Positions 30,358-40,194 of a stretch of 64,000 bases of DNA are shown here, one piece after another. Position numbers and translations under genes: made by a program. Origin of the DNA: an uncultured Candidatus Saccharibacteria bacterium (GTDB lineage Bacteria; Patescibacteriota; Doudnabacteria; UBA920); assembly GCA_964521955.1 (NCBI GenBank), contig CAZFTX010000005.1:804-64803 (forward strand). The letters run 5' to 3'. Every line of letters begins with the position of its first letter. Position 1 is the stretch's first letter. The notes beneath the pieces are model-generated. The model was not told the origin of the DNA, made no database searches, and saw only the letters and a program-made list of their open reading frames with translations.

Positions 30358-32103
30358 TTATTTCCAAACTCTTCGCTCTTCAATATACCATTCATTTACT
30401 CCAAAAAACCTGTAACTAGGCTCAAGCAGGGAAGTTCTTTGGAAGTTTTTGACTTTAGTGTCTAGAAAATAAACATATTGGGCCTGGGTAATAAACACAG
30501 CCGGGGTTTTGCTTAAAAACAAGCTGTAAAATTCTTCGTATTTGTTTTTTCTAATTTGAGTATTTGTTGTTGTTCTACCTTCAGTTAAAAGTTTGTCTAT
30601 TTCTGAGTCTTCCAGTCCCGTGATGTTAATACCGGGATCTTTAATCTGACTGGAATGCCAGAGTACAAAAGGATCCGGGTCTTCGCTGAATTTTTGGGAA
30701 AGGATGAGCGTGTCAAATTGACGAGGGCGAATAACTTCCTCTGAAATTTGTTTGCTTGGTAAAACTTGGAGATTTACTTTTATATTCAGACTTTGCCAGG
30801 CATTAGAAATTATTTCCGCAGTTTTAACGTTTGCAGACAGGTCATTAGTGGTTAGGTTAAGTTCTAAAGTCTCATTTTTTTTGGTTCGAAAACCAGTGCT
30901 CGGGTCAACTATCCAGCCTAAAGTTTCCAATTCGTTCTTGGCGGTTTCCAATTCAAAGTTTGAGCTTAAGTCTAACTCTAAGCTTAAGTTTTTAAATACT
31001 GACAGGTTAGGCTTTTGAGCTTGAGAATTAAAAGCTGTAGAAATAATTTTGTCTTGGTCAATAGTTTTTGAAAGTACTTGTCTTAGACTAATGTCCTTTA
31101 AAAACTTATTGTTTAAGTTAAAATACAGCATTTGGTATTGAGGTATGGCCAAAGTAATTTTGCCCGATTCAGACCCTTTTTTTGTATCAGTTTTTAATTC
31201 TCCTGTACCCGTAAAACCAAAACCTTGAATTTGTCCGCTGTGAAGTGCGTTAAATAAACCTTCGTCCGAGTCAAAGAATTTAAAGGTCAAAGTGTCTATT
31301 TTTGACTTTCCTTCAAAGTAGTTAGAGAAAGAATTTAAACTAATACTTTGAATTTCACCGTTTGATTTTTTTATTTCTTTAATTAGGTATGGTCCCGTGC
31401 CTATTGCTTTGAGATTGTTTTCTGAAAGAGGGAAGCTGGCAGAGTCCGTTTTGTTCCAAACAAATTTGGGAAGTATTGGTTGAGTAAGGTTGGGTAAAAA
31501 GGGTCCCGCAACGTCTTTTGTAGTAAATCTGACAACGAAATCAGAAAGTTTTTCTACATTGGTAGAAAGCCAAGTATTTCTGTTGGGGCTTTTAAAACTA
31601 GGATCTTTTAAAATTTGAAAAGTGAAAATAACATCTTCAGCGGTAAAAAGTCTGTCATTATGCCATTTAACATTCTTTTTTAAGTTTACGGTATACTGTT
31701 TTTGATCCTCGGAAATTTCCGGTAGGCTTTCTGCTAAGTCAGGAACAAGTGAGCCTTCGGCATTGTATTTATAGAGCCCAGAATAAACTAATCGAGTTAA
31801 ACTTAAGTCAGTTTCGGAAAAAGCCAATACCGGGTTTATGTATACTGGTTGACCTTTAAGTCCTTCTGTATAATTTCCACCGAAATCTGGGGCGGTTAAA
31901 GTTTGGTTATAGTAAGCGTTGCGTAAAGAAACATAAAAAGTAATTAAAGCAAGCAAGGCAAGAACGCTTAAAACAATTTTTTCTTTTTTGCTCATTAAAG
32001 AAAAAACTTTCCTGAAGGAGGAAAGGCGGGCGGTTTTAAGTGCTTTGGTTCCTGCTAAGATTTGCTTACCAAAGCTGAAAAAATTGTTGGTAGTTCCGTT
32101 CAT
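30358..32103 (-). CDS. Peptide ABC transporter substrate-binding protein (family 5)
   Basis: N-terminal TM, YSGLYKY..LVPDLAE, KWHND..TAEDVIFT, IGTGPY, DPFVLWHSSQ. Confidence 0.9.
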   Translation of the reverse strand: MNGTTNNFFSFGKQILAGTKALKTARLSSFRKVFSLMSKKEKIVLSVLALLALITFYVSLRNAYYNQTLTAPDFGGNYTEGLKGQPVYINPVLAFSETDLSLTRLVYSGLYKYNAEGSLVPDLAESLPEISEDQKQYTVNLKKNVKWHNDRLFTAEDVIFTFQILKDPSFKSPNRNTWLSTNVEKLSDFVVRFTTKDVAGPFLPNLTQPILPKFVWNKTDSASFPLSENNLKAIGTGPYLIKEIKKSNGEIQSISLNSFSNYFEGKSKIDTLTFKFFDSDEGLFNALHSGQIQGFGFTGTGELKTDTKKGSESGKITLAIPQYQMLYFNLNNKFLKDISLRQVLSKTIDQDKIISTAFNSQAQKPNLSVFKNLSLELDLSSNFELETAKNELETLGWIVDPSTGFRTKKNETLELNLTTNDLSANVKTAEIISNAWQSLNIKVNLQVLPSKQISEEVIRPRQFDTLILSQKFSEDPDPFVLWHSSQIKDPGINITGLEDSEIDKLLTEGRTTTNTQIRKNKYEEFYSLFLSKTPAVFITQAQYVYFLDTKVKNFQRTSLLEPSYRFFGVNEWYIEERRVWK

Positions 32104-32187
32104 TTTTATCCGATAAAATTTCTAAAGAAATTTTTACTTATACTGGCTTTTTTGAATTCGGATGTTTCAAAAAAGGATTGTTCGGGC

Positions 32188-32406
32188 TTATTTTACAAAT
32201 AAAAAGCTAATGTTAATACTAATAAAAAGAATGCCGGAGACAATTGTTGCGTAAAAGAGCCATTTTTCAAACCCGCGTCTAGTTTGGACTATATTACCTG
32301 CGCCACCAAAAACATTGGAAAGACCGGAGGATTTGTTTTGTAAGGAAACAAAAATAATCAGTAAAACCATGACTAGAATGTTTGCAAACTGCAAGATTTG
32401 ACGCAT
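32188..32406 (-). CDS. secG: Preprotein translocase subunit SecG
   Basis: LQNKSSGLSNVFGG..TRRGFEK, two TM. Confidence 0.9.
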   Translation of the reverse strand: MRQILQFANILVMVLLIIFVSLQNKSSGLSNVFGGAGNIVQTRRGFEKWLFYATIVSGILFISINISFLFVK

Positions 32407-32576
32407 AAATTGAAAGTTTTTTACTTGGAATTCTAACTGGTGAATTATAACTAAAATTACCGGTTTAAGTCAAGAAGCAAGACAGAATTAACCTAATCTC
32501 TAATTGTCCTAATTATTCAAAAAAATGCAAAGAAAGTTTTTAGGTTAATTAGTAATTAGGTCAATTAGAATAATTT

Positions 32577-34511
32577 TTAAAGGTTTTGTTTAATAGTGAG
32601 AGCGAGTTTTTCTCCCACCACTGCTTTTAGTTCTTCTAAAGAAGCCTTTTTTATTTCAGCAACTGTTCCAAATTTGGTTTTAAGTATCTTTTTAGTTTTT
32701 GGTCCTACACCTGGTAAGGTATCCAGGGCAGAAGTATAAGCTTGTTTGCTTCTTAAGTTTCTGTGGAAAGTTATTCCAAACCTGTGAGCTTCGTCCCTAA
32801 GTCTTTGTAGAAGCTGTAGGGCCGGTTGGTCGTGTGAAAGTATAATGGGTTGTTTTTTCCCCGGAACAAAAATTTCTTCCAAGCGTTTTGCCAGTCCTAT
32901 AACTTTTAACTTTTCACTTTCTTGCCCTGAGCTTGTTGAATGGGCAACTTTCAACTTGCTTAATGCGGCTAATGCCGCATTAAGCTGACCCTTGCCTCCG
33001 TCTACTACTATTAAATCCGGCAATGGCCACTTACTAAGCTGGTCAGGCTGATTAGCTGATCTGCTGATCAGGCTGTGTGTGAGTCTTCGAGTAATAATTT
33101 CACGCATCATACTAAAGTCGTCAGGAGTCTCTTTAATTTGGACTTTAAATTTTCTATATTCTGACTTTGCTGCTAGTCCGTTTTTAAAAACCACCATACT
33201 GGCAACCGGATTAGTACCTTGGGTGTTGGAAATATCAAAACATTCAATTCTTTCGGGAATTTTTTTAAGACCTAAGACCTCTTGAAGTTGTTTTAAAGCG
33301 CGGCCAATTTTGTCTAAGTGGCCTGCTCTTTCTGTTAACCAGTTTTTCAAATGTTCTTTAGCATTAAGAGCGCTGGTTTTTAAAAGACTTAATGCTTTAC
33401 CTTTTTTAGGTACAGAAATTTTAACACTCTTACCAAAACGTGCTTTTAACAAATTTTTAACAACTTCGACATTGCTAACTGGTAGATTTAAATAAATTTC
33501 TTTAGGAATGTCGCTAGTTTCTAAGTAGTATTGTTCTAAAAAGGTTTCTAGAATCACTTGTTCTTTGTTACTTTCATTTTCTTTAGTTTGCTTTGAGTCA
33601 TAAACAAAATTTTCTTTGCCTACAAGCTTACCTTCTCTGACTTTGAGTAAGTTTACACAGTAAAAACCTTCGTCGGAGCTAAAGGAGGCAAGGTCCCAAT
33701 TAACTTTATTTGCAAAAATTACGCTTTGCTTTTCGCTTAAAAGTTTTAGGCTTAAAAATTGGTTTCTAAGTCTTGCTGCGGTTTCAAAACGTTTTTTTTT
33801 GGCGGCGCTGAGCATTTCTTTTTTTAAGTCATGCATGGCGCCGGCAATGTTACCGGAGAGAAATTGTTTAATTCTTTCTAAGTGAGTTTTATATTCGTCT
33901 AAGCTAATTTTGCCGAAGCATACACCAGGACAACGGTGGAGGTGGTAGTAAAAACAAGGTTTTTGGGAAACTTTTTCAGCGCTACAGTAAGGGAAGATTC
34001 TTCTTACGGTTTGGAGAGTTTCTCGGATTTTCAGTGCAGATGTGTACGGTCCAAAATAATCAGACTTGTTGTTTGTTATTTTTGATCTGGAATTGGCTTT
34101 GTATTTGATATCTGCCTGCCCGCCGAAGCCTTGGCGAAGGAGGGGTTCTTGGATTCTTCTTGTTATGTTGATTTGAGGGATTTGGGTGGAGTAGTCTAAA
34201 ACAATAAACGCGTAAGATTTGTCGTCTTTAAGTTCAATGTTGTATTTAGGCTTGTGGTTTTGGATTAGGGTTCTTTCTAAATACAAACTTTCCAATTCGG
34301 TGTGGACTACAGTGTAGTCTAAGTCAGTTGCCTCGTTAATTAAAAAAGGAATTTGAACCCTGGTGTCAGTACCCTTAAAATACTGGTTAACTCGGTTTTT
34401 AAGGTTTTTAGCTTTGCCAATATAAATAACCTCACCGGATTTGTTTTTAAAAAAATACACTCCGGGCTGGGTGGGTATAGACTTTAGTTTTAGAGTTATA
34501 AGGTTTTTCAA
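32577..34511 (-). CDS. uvrC: Excinuclease ABC subunit C
   Basis: GIY-YIG PGVYFF..IYIGKAKNL, RIECFDISN, VDGGKGQL, RDEAHRF, HhH GVGPK. Confidence 0.96.
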   Translation of the reverse strand: MKNLITLKLKSIPTQPGVYFFKNKSGEVIYIGKAKNLKNRVNQYFKGTDTRVQIPFLINEATDLDYTVVHTELESLYLERTLIQNHKPKYNIELKDDKSYAFIVLDYSTQIPQINITRRIQEPLLRQGFGGQADIKYKANSRSKITNNKSDYFGPYTSALKIRETLQTVRRIFPYCSAEKVSQKPCFYYHLHRCPGVCFGKISLDEYKTHLERIKQFLSGNIAGAMHDLKKEMLSAAKKKRFETAARLRNQFLSLKLLSEKQSVIFANKVNWDLASFSSDEGFYCVNLLKVREGKLVGKENFVYDSKQTKENESNKEQVILETFLEQYYLETSDIPKEIYLNLPVSNVEVVKNLLKARFGKSVKISVPKKGKALSLLKTSALNAKEHLKNWLTERAGHLDKIGRALKQLQEVLGLKKIPERIECFDISNTQGTNPVASMVVFKNGLAAKSEYRKFKVQIKETPDDFSMMREIITRRLTHSLISRSANQPDQLSKWPLPDLIVVDGGKGQLNAALAALSKLKVAHSTSSGQESEKLKVIGLAKRLEEIFVPGKKQPIILSHDQPALQLLQRLRDEAHRFGITFHRNLRSKQAYTSALDTLPGVGPKTKKILKTKFGTVAEIKKASLEELKAVVGEKLALTIKQNL

Positions 34512-34694
34512 GTTATAAAGTTATTTAACAATTATTCTAATTATAGTAGGCTTGTAAATAAAAATCCAAAGCGACACTAAAATACGAATTACATGCGAAT
34601 GACACTAATACTTAAATACTCTTCACAAAAGTCATGTTTTAAGCTAATATTGCAGGCAAGAATAGAGGTTGTTTAACAACCGGAAAGAGGGAAT

Positions 34695-34844
34695 ATGGAC
34701 AGTAGGTTTGAGGGTAACAACGTATGTGTTGGCGGGGCGCTGGTTTGTGGTCTCGTCGTGGTTGGTCTGTTTCTTTGCGCACTGTACTTCGGCGCAAAGT
34801 TCGTTGGACAGTTGGGCATGAGCCACCCGTTCGCGGGATTGTAG
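34695..34844 (+). CDS. Small membrane peptide, 49 aa (GC-rich orphan)
   Basis: Own translation MDSRFEGNNVCVGGALVCGLVVVGLFLCALYFGAKF..; GAGGGA SD. Confidence 0.45.
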   Translation: MDSRFEGNNVCVGGALVCGLVVVGLFLCALYFGAKFVGQLGMSHPFAGL

Positions 34845-34856
34845 AGAGGTGCTGGC

Positions 34857-35072
34857 ATGGAAAACAGATCTTGGCGGATTTTTTTGTGGGTTGTGGTTGT
34901 GGTTACGGTTTTGGCGCTGGTATTTATGTCAGTCGCTTTGGCAAAGAATAATGAAGGCAGGCTCTTTCTCCTGTGCTTCAAAGTCCTTGCTGTGGTGACT
35001 GGCTACTTTGGGGAAGCTAATTGGCGACAGGGCAGTGGTAACAGCGCTCAGTCTCGTGACGGCAAACAGTGA
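34857..35072 (+). CDS. Small membrane protein (GC-rich orphan)
   Basis: GAGGTG SD; hydrophobic; hairpins downstream. Confidence 0.5.
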   Translation: MENRSWRIFLWVVVVVTVLALVFMSVALAKNNEGRLFLLCFKVLAVVTGYFGEANWRQGSGNSAQSRDGKQ

Positions 35073-35420
35073 GAGCTTGGCAAAACAGAAATCTATTTCC
35101 AGCAGTAATCCGGAGCCCCAGCGGGGCGGTTCGGATTAGCCGGGTGAGCAGCGCGCTACGAGCGCGATGTTTACCCGGTTTAATTTTGTCTTGTTTCTAA
35201 GTATTTCAATTATTTCTCTTATTTCTGGAGCGGGATAAACCTATTTTCCTTATAAGCTAAGAGCTATTGTCTATAAGCTGTCTTAGGCTCTTGCTCAACC
35301 CGTATTTTTGTGGTAGACTTTTTATCAGTTTGTTTTTTCTACAGAAACAAACATTACTTTACAGATATCTGCAGATTTTTATTTGAGTTTAGTTTTTTTA
35401 GAATAATTAGAACAATTTTT

Positions 35421-38261
35421 ATGCGTGATGTTATCTCCATTCGCGGTGCGCGAATGCACAATTTAAAAAATATTAACGTAGACTTGCCTCGTAACAAACT
35501 TATTGTTATGACCGGACTTTCCGGGAGTGGCAAGTCTTCTTTGGCTTTTGACACTATTTATGCAGAAGGTCAAAGGCGCTATGTAGAAAGCTTGTCCGCT
35601 TACGCCAGGCAGTTTATTGGGCTTATGGACAAGCCCGACGTGGACAAGATAGAAGGTTTGTCTCCGGCTATTTCCATTGACCAAAAGTCTGCTTCTCACA
35701 ACCCGCGTTCAACTGTGGGCACGGTTACGGAAATTTACGACTACATGCGTCTTTTGTGGGCGCGTATTGGCGTACCTCACTGTCCGGTTTGCGGCAAAAA
35801 AATTCACGGTCAAACTTTGCAGGCTATGACCGACCAGCTTTTGGCTTTGCCTTCAGGTACAAAATTGGTTTTGCTTGCCCCGTTTATTAAAGATCAAAAA
35901 GGGGAGCATAAACATATCTTTGAACAAATAAAAAAGGCCGGTTTTGCCCGTGTTCGAGTTGACGGGACTGTTATGGATCTTTTTGAAGCCATGGGTCTTA
36001 GTTTAGACAAACAAAAAAAGCATAGTATAGAAGTCGTGGTTGACCGGGTGACAGTTTCCACTGAAGAAAAGGGGCGTTTGGCGGAAAGTTTGGAAAAGGC
36101 GGCTGACTTGGGCGACGGTTTGGTTTTAGTTTCCAAAACAGACAGTAAGGACGCTGACATTGTGCTTTCCCAAAAATATGCCTGTCCGGACGGACATGTG
36201 CAGTTAGCCGAACTTGATCCTAGGGATTTTTCTTTTAACAGTCCTCACGGTGCTTGTCCTGAGTGTAAAGGTTTGGGTACCAAGCTTACAGTTGAGCCTG
36301 ACTTGGTTATACCTAACCCAAAACTGACTTTGGCTGAAGGCGCGGTCAGGCCTTGGAGTAAAACCACTTCTAGGCAAAGCTGGTACATGAAAATTTTAGA
36401 GTCTGTAGCCAGGGAGTTTGGCTTTTCTTTAAATACGCCTGTAAAAGATTTACCGAAAAAATATTTAGATATTGTGCTTTATGGTACCGGAGATAAAAAA
36501 GTACACATGGTTATTGAGTCCACCACCAGTAATTCTAAAATAGACACTTATACTCCCTTTGAAGGCGTACTTTCTTATTTAGAGCGAAGATATTTGGAAA
36601 CCGACTCAGACTACATGCGCAGCGAAATAGAAAACTATATGCGGATTCGTCCTTGTCCGGTGTGTAAAGGTAAAAGGCTGAAAGCGGAAGTTTTGGCTGT
36701 GACTGTTGGTCAAAAGGGCATAGTGGACGTTTCGGGTATGACCATAGAATCTGCCAGCAAATATTTTACCGAACTTTTAAAACAGCTTTCTCAAAAAGAC
36801 CAGGCCATAGCTAAGCAGGTGTTAAAAGAAATTAACGCCAGGCTTTCTTTTTTGCTGAACGTTGGCCTTTCTTATCTTTCTTTGGACCGTACCGCCGACA
36901 CGCTTTCCGGTGGGGAAGCTCAGCGCATACGCTTGGCCACGCAAATCGGCAGTGGACTGACTGGCGTTTTGTATATATTAGACGAACCTTCTATTGGGTT
37001 GCACCAACGCGACAATGGCAGGCTGCTTAAAACTTTAAAAGATTTAAGAGACTTAGGGAATACGGTTATAGTAGTAGAGCATGACGAAGAAACTATTCGT
37101 GAAGCTGATTGGGTCGTAGACATTGGCCCCGGTGCGGGCAAGCACGGTGGGGAATTGGTTGGCGAAGGTACCCCAAAAGATATTGAAAAAAATAACAAGA
37201 GTTTTACTGGATTGTATTTGTCAGGGAAAGAAAGTATAGAAGTACCTAAGCGCAGAAAACCGGGTAACGGCAAAAAACTTTCCATAATCGGTGCTGAAGA
37301 ATTTAACTTAAAAAATGTAAACGTAGAAATTCCTTTAGGGAAGTTCGTTTGTGTTACCGGTGTTTCCGGCAGCGGCAAGTCCACTTTGTTAAACGATATT
37401 TTAGCACGGGCTTTAAACCGGCATTTTTGGGGAACCAAAGAAGAACCCGGCAAGCACAAGAAAATTTTAGGCTTGGAACATTTAGACAAAATTATTAACA
37501 TTGACCAAAGCCCAATTGGTAGAACGCCCAGAAGTAACCCTGCTACTTACACAGGATTGTTTACACCTATTCGCGAACTGTTTGCCGAAACTAGGGAAGC
37601 CCGCATGCGCGGTTACAAAGCCGGCAGATTTAGTTTTAACGTAAAAGGCGGGCGTTGTGAAAAGTGCGCCGGTGACGGGGTTATTCAAGTGGAAATGAAC
37701 TTCTTACCTGACGTGTACATTACTTGTGAAGAATGTAAAGGTAAGCGTTATAACCGCGAAGCTTTGGAAATACATTATAAAGAAAAAACCATTGCCGATG
37801 TTTTGGAAATGACGGTGGATGAAGCTAAAGTTTTTTTTGCCAGTATTCCCCAACTTTATAAAAAAGTGGAAGTGCTTTCCCAAGTGGGTTTGGGCTATAT
37901 GCACTTAGGTCAAAATGCCACCACACTTTCCGGGGGTGAAGCTCAGCGTATAAAGTTAGCCACTGAACTGTCACGTGCTTCTACCGGCAGAACTTTGTAT
38001 TTGTTGGACGAGCCTACTACGGGTTTACATTTTGCGGACGTAAAAAGGCTGATTCACGTACTTAATAAGCTTGTAGAAAAAGGCAACACTGTTGTAGTTA
38101 TTGAGCATAACTTAGATATGATTAAAACTGCAGACTGGATAGTAGACATGGGTCCCGAAGGCGGGGATAAGGGTGGTACTTTGGTAGCCGCCGGAACGCC
38201 GGAAGACGTGGCAAAAGTTAAGTCGAGTTATACGGGACAGTATCTTAAAAAAATATTATAG
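35421..38261 (+). CDS. uvrA: Excinuclease ABC subunit A
   Basis: [19 protein letters not shown], zinc fingers, LSGGEAQRI twice, GVSGSGKST. Confidence 0.98.
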   Translation: MRDVISIRGARMHNLKNINVDLPRNKLIVMTGLSGSGKSSLAFDTIYAEGQRRYVESLSAYARQFIGLMDKPDVDKIEGLSPAISIDQKSASHNPRSTVGTVTEIYDYMRLLWARIGVPHCPVCGKKIHGQTLQAMTDQLLALPSGTKLVLLAPFIKDQKGEHKHIFEQIKKAGFARVRVDGTVMDLFEAMGLSLDKQKKHSIEVVVDRVTVSTEEKGRLAESLEKAADLGDGLVLVSKTDSKDADIVLSQKYACPDGHVQLAELDPRDFSFNSPHGACPECKGLGTKLTVEPDLVIPNPKLTLAEGAVRPWSKTTSRQSWYMKILESVAREFGFSLNTPVKDLPKKYLDIVLYGTGDKKVHMVIESTTSNSKIDTYTPFEGVLSYLERRYLETDSDYMRSEIENYMRIRPCPVCKGKRLKAEVLAVTVGQKGIVDVSGMTIESASKYFTELLKQLSQKDQAIAKQVLKEINARLSFLLNVGLSYLSLDRTADTLSGGEAQRIRLATQIGSGLTGVLYILDEPSIGLHQRDNGRLLKTLKDLRDLGNTVIVVEHDEETIREADWVVDIGPGAGKHGGELVGEGTPKDIEKNNKSFTGLYLSGKESIEVPKRRKPGNGKKLSIIGAEEFNLKNVNVEIPLGKFVCVTGVSGSGKSTLLNDILARALNRHFWGTKEEPGKHKKILGLEHLDKIINIDQSPIGRTPRSNPATYTGLFTPIRELFAETREARMRGYKAGRFSFNVKGGRCEKCAGDGVIQVEMNFLPDVYITCEECKGKRYNREALEIHYKEKTIADVLEMTVDEAKVFFASIPQLYKKVEVLSQVGLGYMHLGQNATTLSGGEAQRIKLATELSRASTGRTLYLLDEPTTGLHFADVKRLIHVLNKLVEKGNTVVVIEHNLDMIKTADWIVDMGPEGGDKGGTLVAAGTPEDVAKVKSSYTGQYLKKIL

Positions 38262-38326
38262 AATTATTCTAAGTACGCTAATTACTCTAATTATTCTAAA
38301 ATAGATTTAGGACAATTAGAACAATA

Positions 38327-38375
38327 AAAAACAGCCCGGACACCTCTGGAGTGAACCAGAGGGCCGGGTTGTTTT
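38327..38375. terminator. Terminator between uvrA and PEP-CTERM gene 1
   Basis: AAAAAACAGCCCGG..CCGGGTTGTTTT long hairpin. Confidence 0.7.
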
Positions 38376-38404
38376 GTTGCACGCGGCCAAAAGTTGGCCG
38401 CGTG

Positions 38405-38611
38405 CTACTTCTTGCGGTTCTTCCGCCACGCGGCAAACCCAATTGCCGCCACGCCGGCGCCCATGAGGCCGATGGTGGCCGGTTCGGGCACTTCGGAAGG
38501 GGTGCTGCCGTCGGTCGGTGCGCAGTTGTTGTCACTGCAGTCGGTGGCTTGGGCGAAATTCACGGAGCTAAGCAGAATCGTCAATGCGGTTGTGAGGAGA
38601 AGTTTCCTCAT
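38405..38611 (-). CDS. Minimal PEP-CTERM protein
   Basis: Signal peptide ..FAQA, 18-aa mature part with two Cys, VPEPATIGLMGAGVAAIGFAAWRKNRKK; AGGAGG SD. Confidence 0.88.
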   Translation of the reverse strand: MRKLLLTTALTILLSSVNFAQATDCSDNNCAPTDGSTPSEVPEPATIGLMGAGVAAIGFAAWRKNRKK

Positions 38612-38722
38612 AGACACCTCCTAGTGTCGGCTGGAACAACGCCATTTTTTAGGGCTTGCGATGAAACATGCAAGACCTTTTGACCCACAAGAAAATGAGT
38701 CCCTCTTTATGATTGATTTCGT

Positions 38723-38870
38723 ATTCTACTACTTTTAGGGGTGGGTGTCAACCCAGTAATACAACATTTGATATTTAATAAAAAAATAGTGTTATGAAAT
38801 ATTAAGCTTTGTATAAGCATGTGTTTTTGTATAAATATAAAATCAAATGTTGATATACTGGGTCAACCTT
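38723..38870 (-). promoter_or_regulatory. Inverted-repeat promoter module, copy 1
   Basis: Arms ACCCAGTAATACAACATTTGAT / ATCAAATGTTGATATACTGGGT; TTGACA(38746-38751)-17-TAGAAT(38723-38728). Confidence 0.8.
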
Positions 38871-38965
38871 CTTATGTTAAAAGAAAAGAGCGAACCGTCA
38901 CGTGACTGCGGTTCGCTCTTTTTGCGTTGTTAGGCGCTCTTGTTACTCCCGCATGGAGCGGAAGT

Positions 38966-39658
38966 CTAGAGCTTGTTGTTGCGTCGACGTCGGTGGAGGA
39001 ACAGCAGGCCTCCGAGACCTGCGCCCATGAGTACGTACGTGCCGGGCTCCGGAACTTCGCCCGGACGTTCATCGCCAAACAGGTACTGAGTGAATGTCAC
39101 AGAGTTGAGCCTTGTTTGACCGTTGCTGCGTACGCGAAGAAGCGTTTGTTCCCATGCTCCGAAAGCGCCGACGTTGTCGCGTAGAAACGTTCCCGCCGCG
39201 TAAGTGTTGTCGTACCAGTGATCCACGGATCCGTCGCCGTGAAGCAGGGTTTCCACCGTATGTGGTGTTCCGGCAACGCGCGGAGTGAGGTCAAAGAACA
39301 CAAACGTTTCAATCGCCGGTGCGTTGCTGTAGCGTTCGTAGCCGAGCAGAGAAGCGCCGAACAAGGATCCGTTTTGTGTACGCGGGTTGAGACCGTTGCT
39401 CAAGTTCTGCTGGAACATGTCGATGTTGGCGTTGGGATTGTCTTCGTAGCTCACCGACGCATAGGTTGAGCCGCTGTTGATGAAGATGCCGACCTCGGTG
39501 TTGGAATTCTGGGTGATGGTGATTGTGCCGTCGCCGTTGTCGGTAAACGTGCCGTCGCCGTATGTGGTCCACGTAAGACCACCGAAGTCAATGGTCGCGG
39601 CGTTGGCCGAGAGGGCCGCAACGGTCGCGAGAATCAAGAGAACGAGAAATTGCTTCAT
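38966..39658 (-). CDS. PEP-CTERM sorting domain-containing secreted protein
   Basis: Signal peptide ..SANA; VPEPGTYVLMGAGLGGLLFLHRRRRN. Confidence 0.93.
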   Translation of the reverse strand: MKQFLVLLILATVAALSANAATIDFGGLTWTTYGDGTFTDNGDGTITITQNSNTEVGIFINSGSTYASVSYEDNPNANIDMFQQNLSNGLNPRTQNGSLFGASLLGYERYSNAPAIETFVFFDLTPRVAGTPHTVETLLHGDGSVDHWYDNTYAAGTFLRDNVGAFGAWEQTLLRVRSNGQTRLNSVTFTQYLFGDERPGEVPEPGTYVLMGAGLGGLLFLHRRRRNNKL

Positions 39659-39772
39659 GACACCTCCGTGATGTGTCGGTTAGCACTACGCCTATTTTAG
39701 CCTTGCCTAAAAAATCCAAAGCAAGACTTTTTGCCTAACTAGTTATTAGGCCTCCTTATATAACGACTTATT

Positions 39773-39919
39773 AGTTTATAGTATTTCGGGCATGGGGTCA
39801 ACCCAGTAATACAACATTTGATATTTAATAAAAAATAGCGTTGTGAAATATTAAGCTTTGTATAAGTATGTGTTTTTGTATAAATATAAAATCAAATGTT
39901 GATATACTGGGTCAACCTT
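39773..39919 (-). promoter_or_regulatory. Inverted-repeat promoter module, copy 2
   Basis: 39797-39919 differs from 38747-38870 by 3 substitutions and 1 indel; TTGACC-17-TAAACT. Confidence 0.8.
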
Positions 39920-40194
39920 GTTAGGTAAATAAAAAAAGCCCCACGCAAATCGACGATTTCGATATTGGTGGGTAACTTTTTCGTTTGGAACTCCTAAGGT
40001 TCCTCCTGGTTGTGTCGCGTGTGAGTTTGCTTCGCACCCAAGCTCGTCTTAACGACGAACGGGAATTAGCCCCAAAGGGGCCAGTGGCTTTACATTCAAC
40101 CCTTTTTTAAAAGGATCTCCTCTACACACAACGGTTGTGGTTGTAAGATGCGTTTTCGGCGGTGCTCGCCTTGCGCACCTCATGATCTTGTTCC

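Noticed and set aside
35310-35420. N-terminal extension of uvrA in the ORF track (also 15897, 42051 and 59426 starts)
   Set aside because: These overlap promoters, repeats or upstream genes; conserved sequence starts at downstream ATGs
38747-39919. Inverted-repeat modules as integron attC sites or CRISPR repeats
   Set aside because: Ends do not fit RYYYAAC/GTTRRRY; no integrase, cas genes or repeat-spacer periodicity in the window
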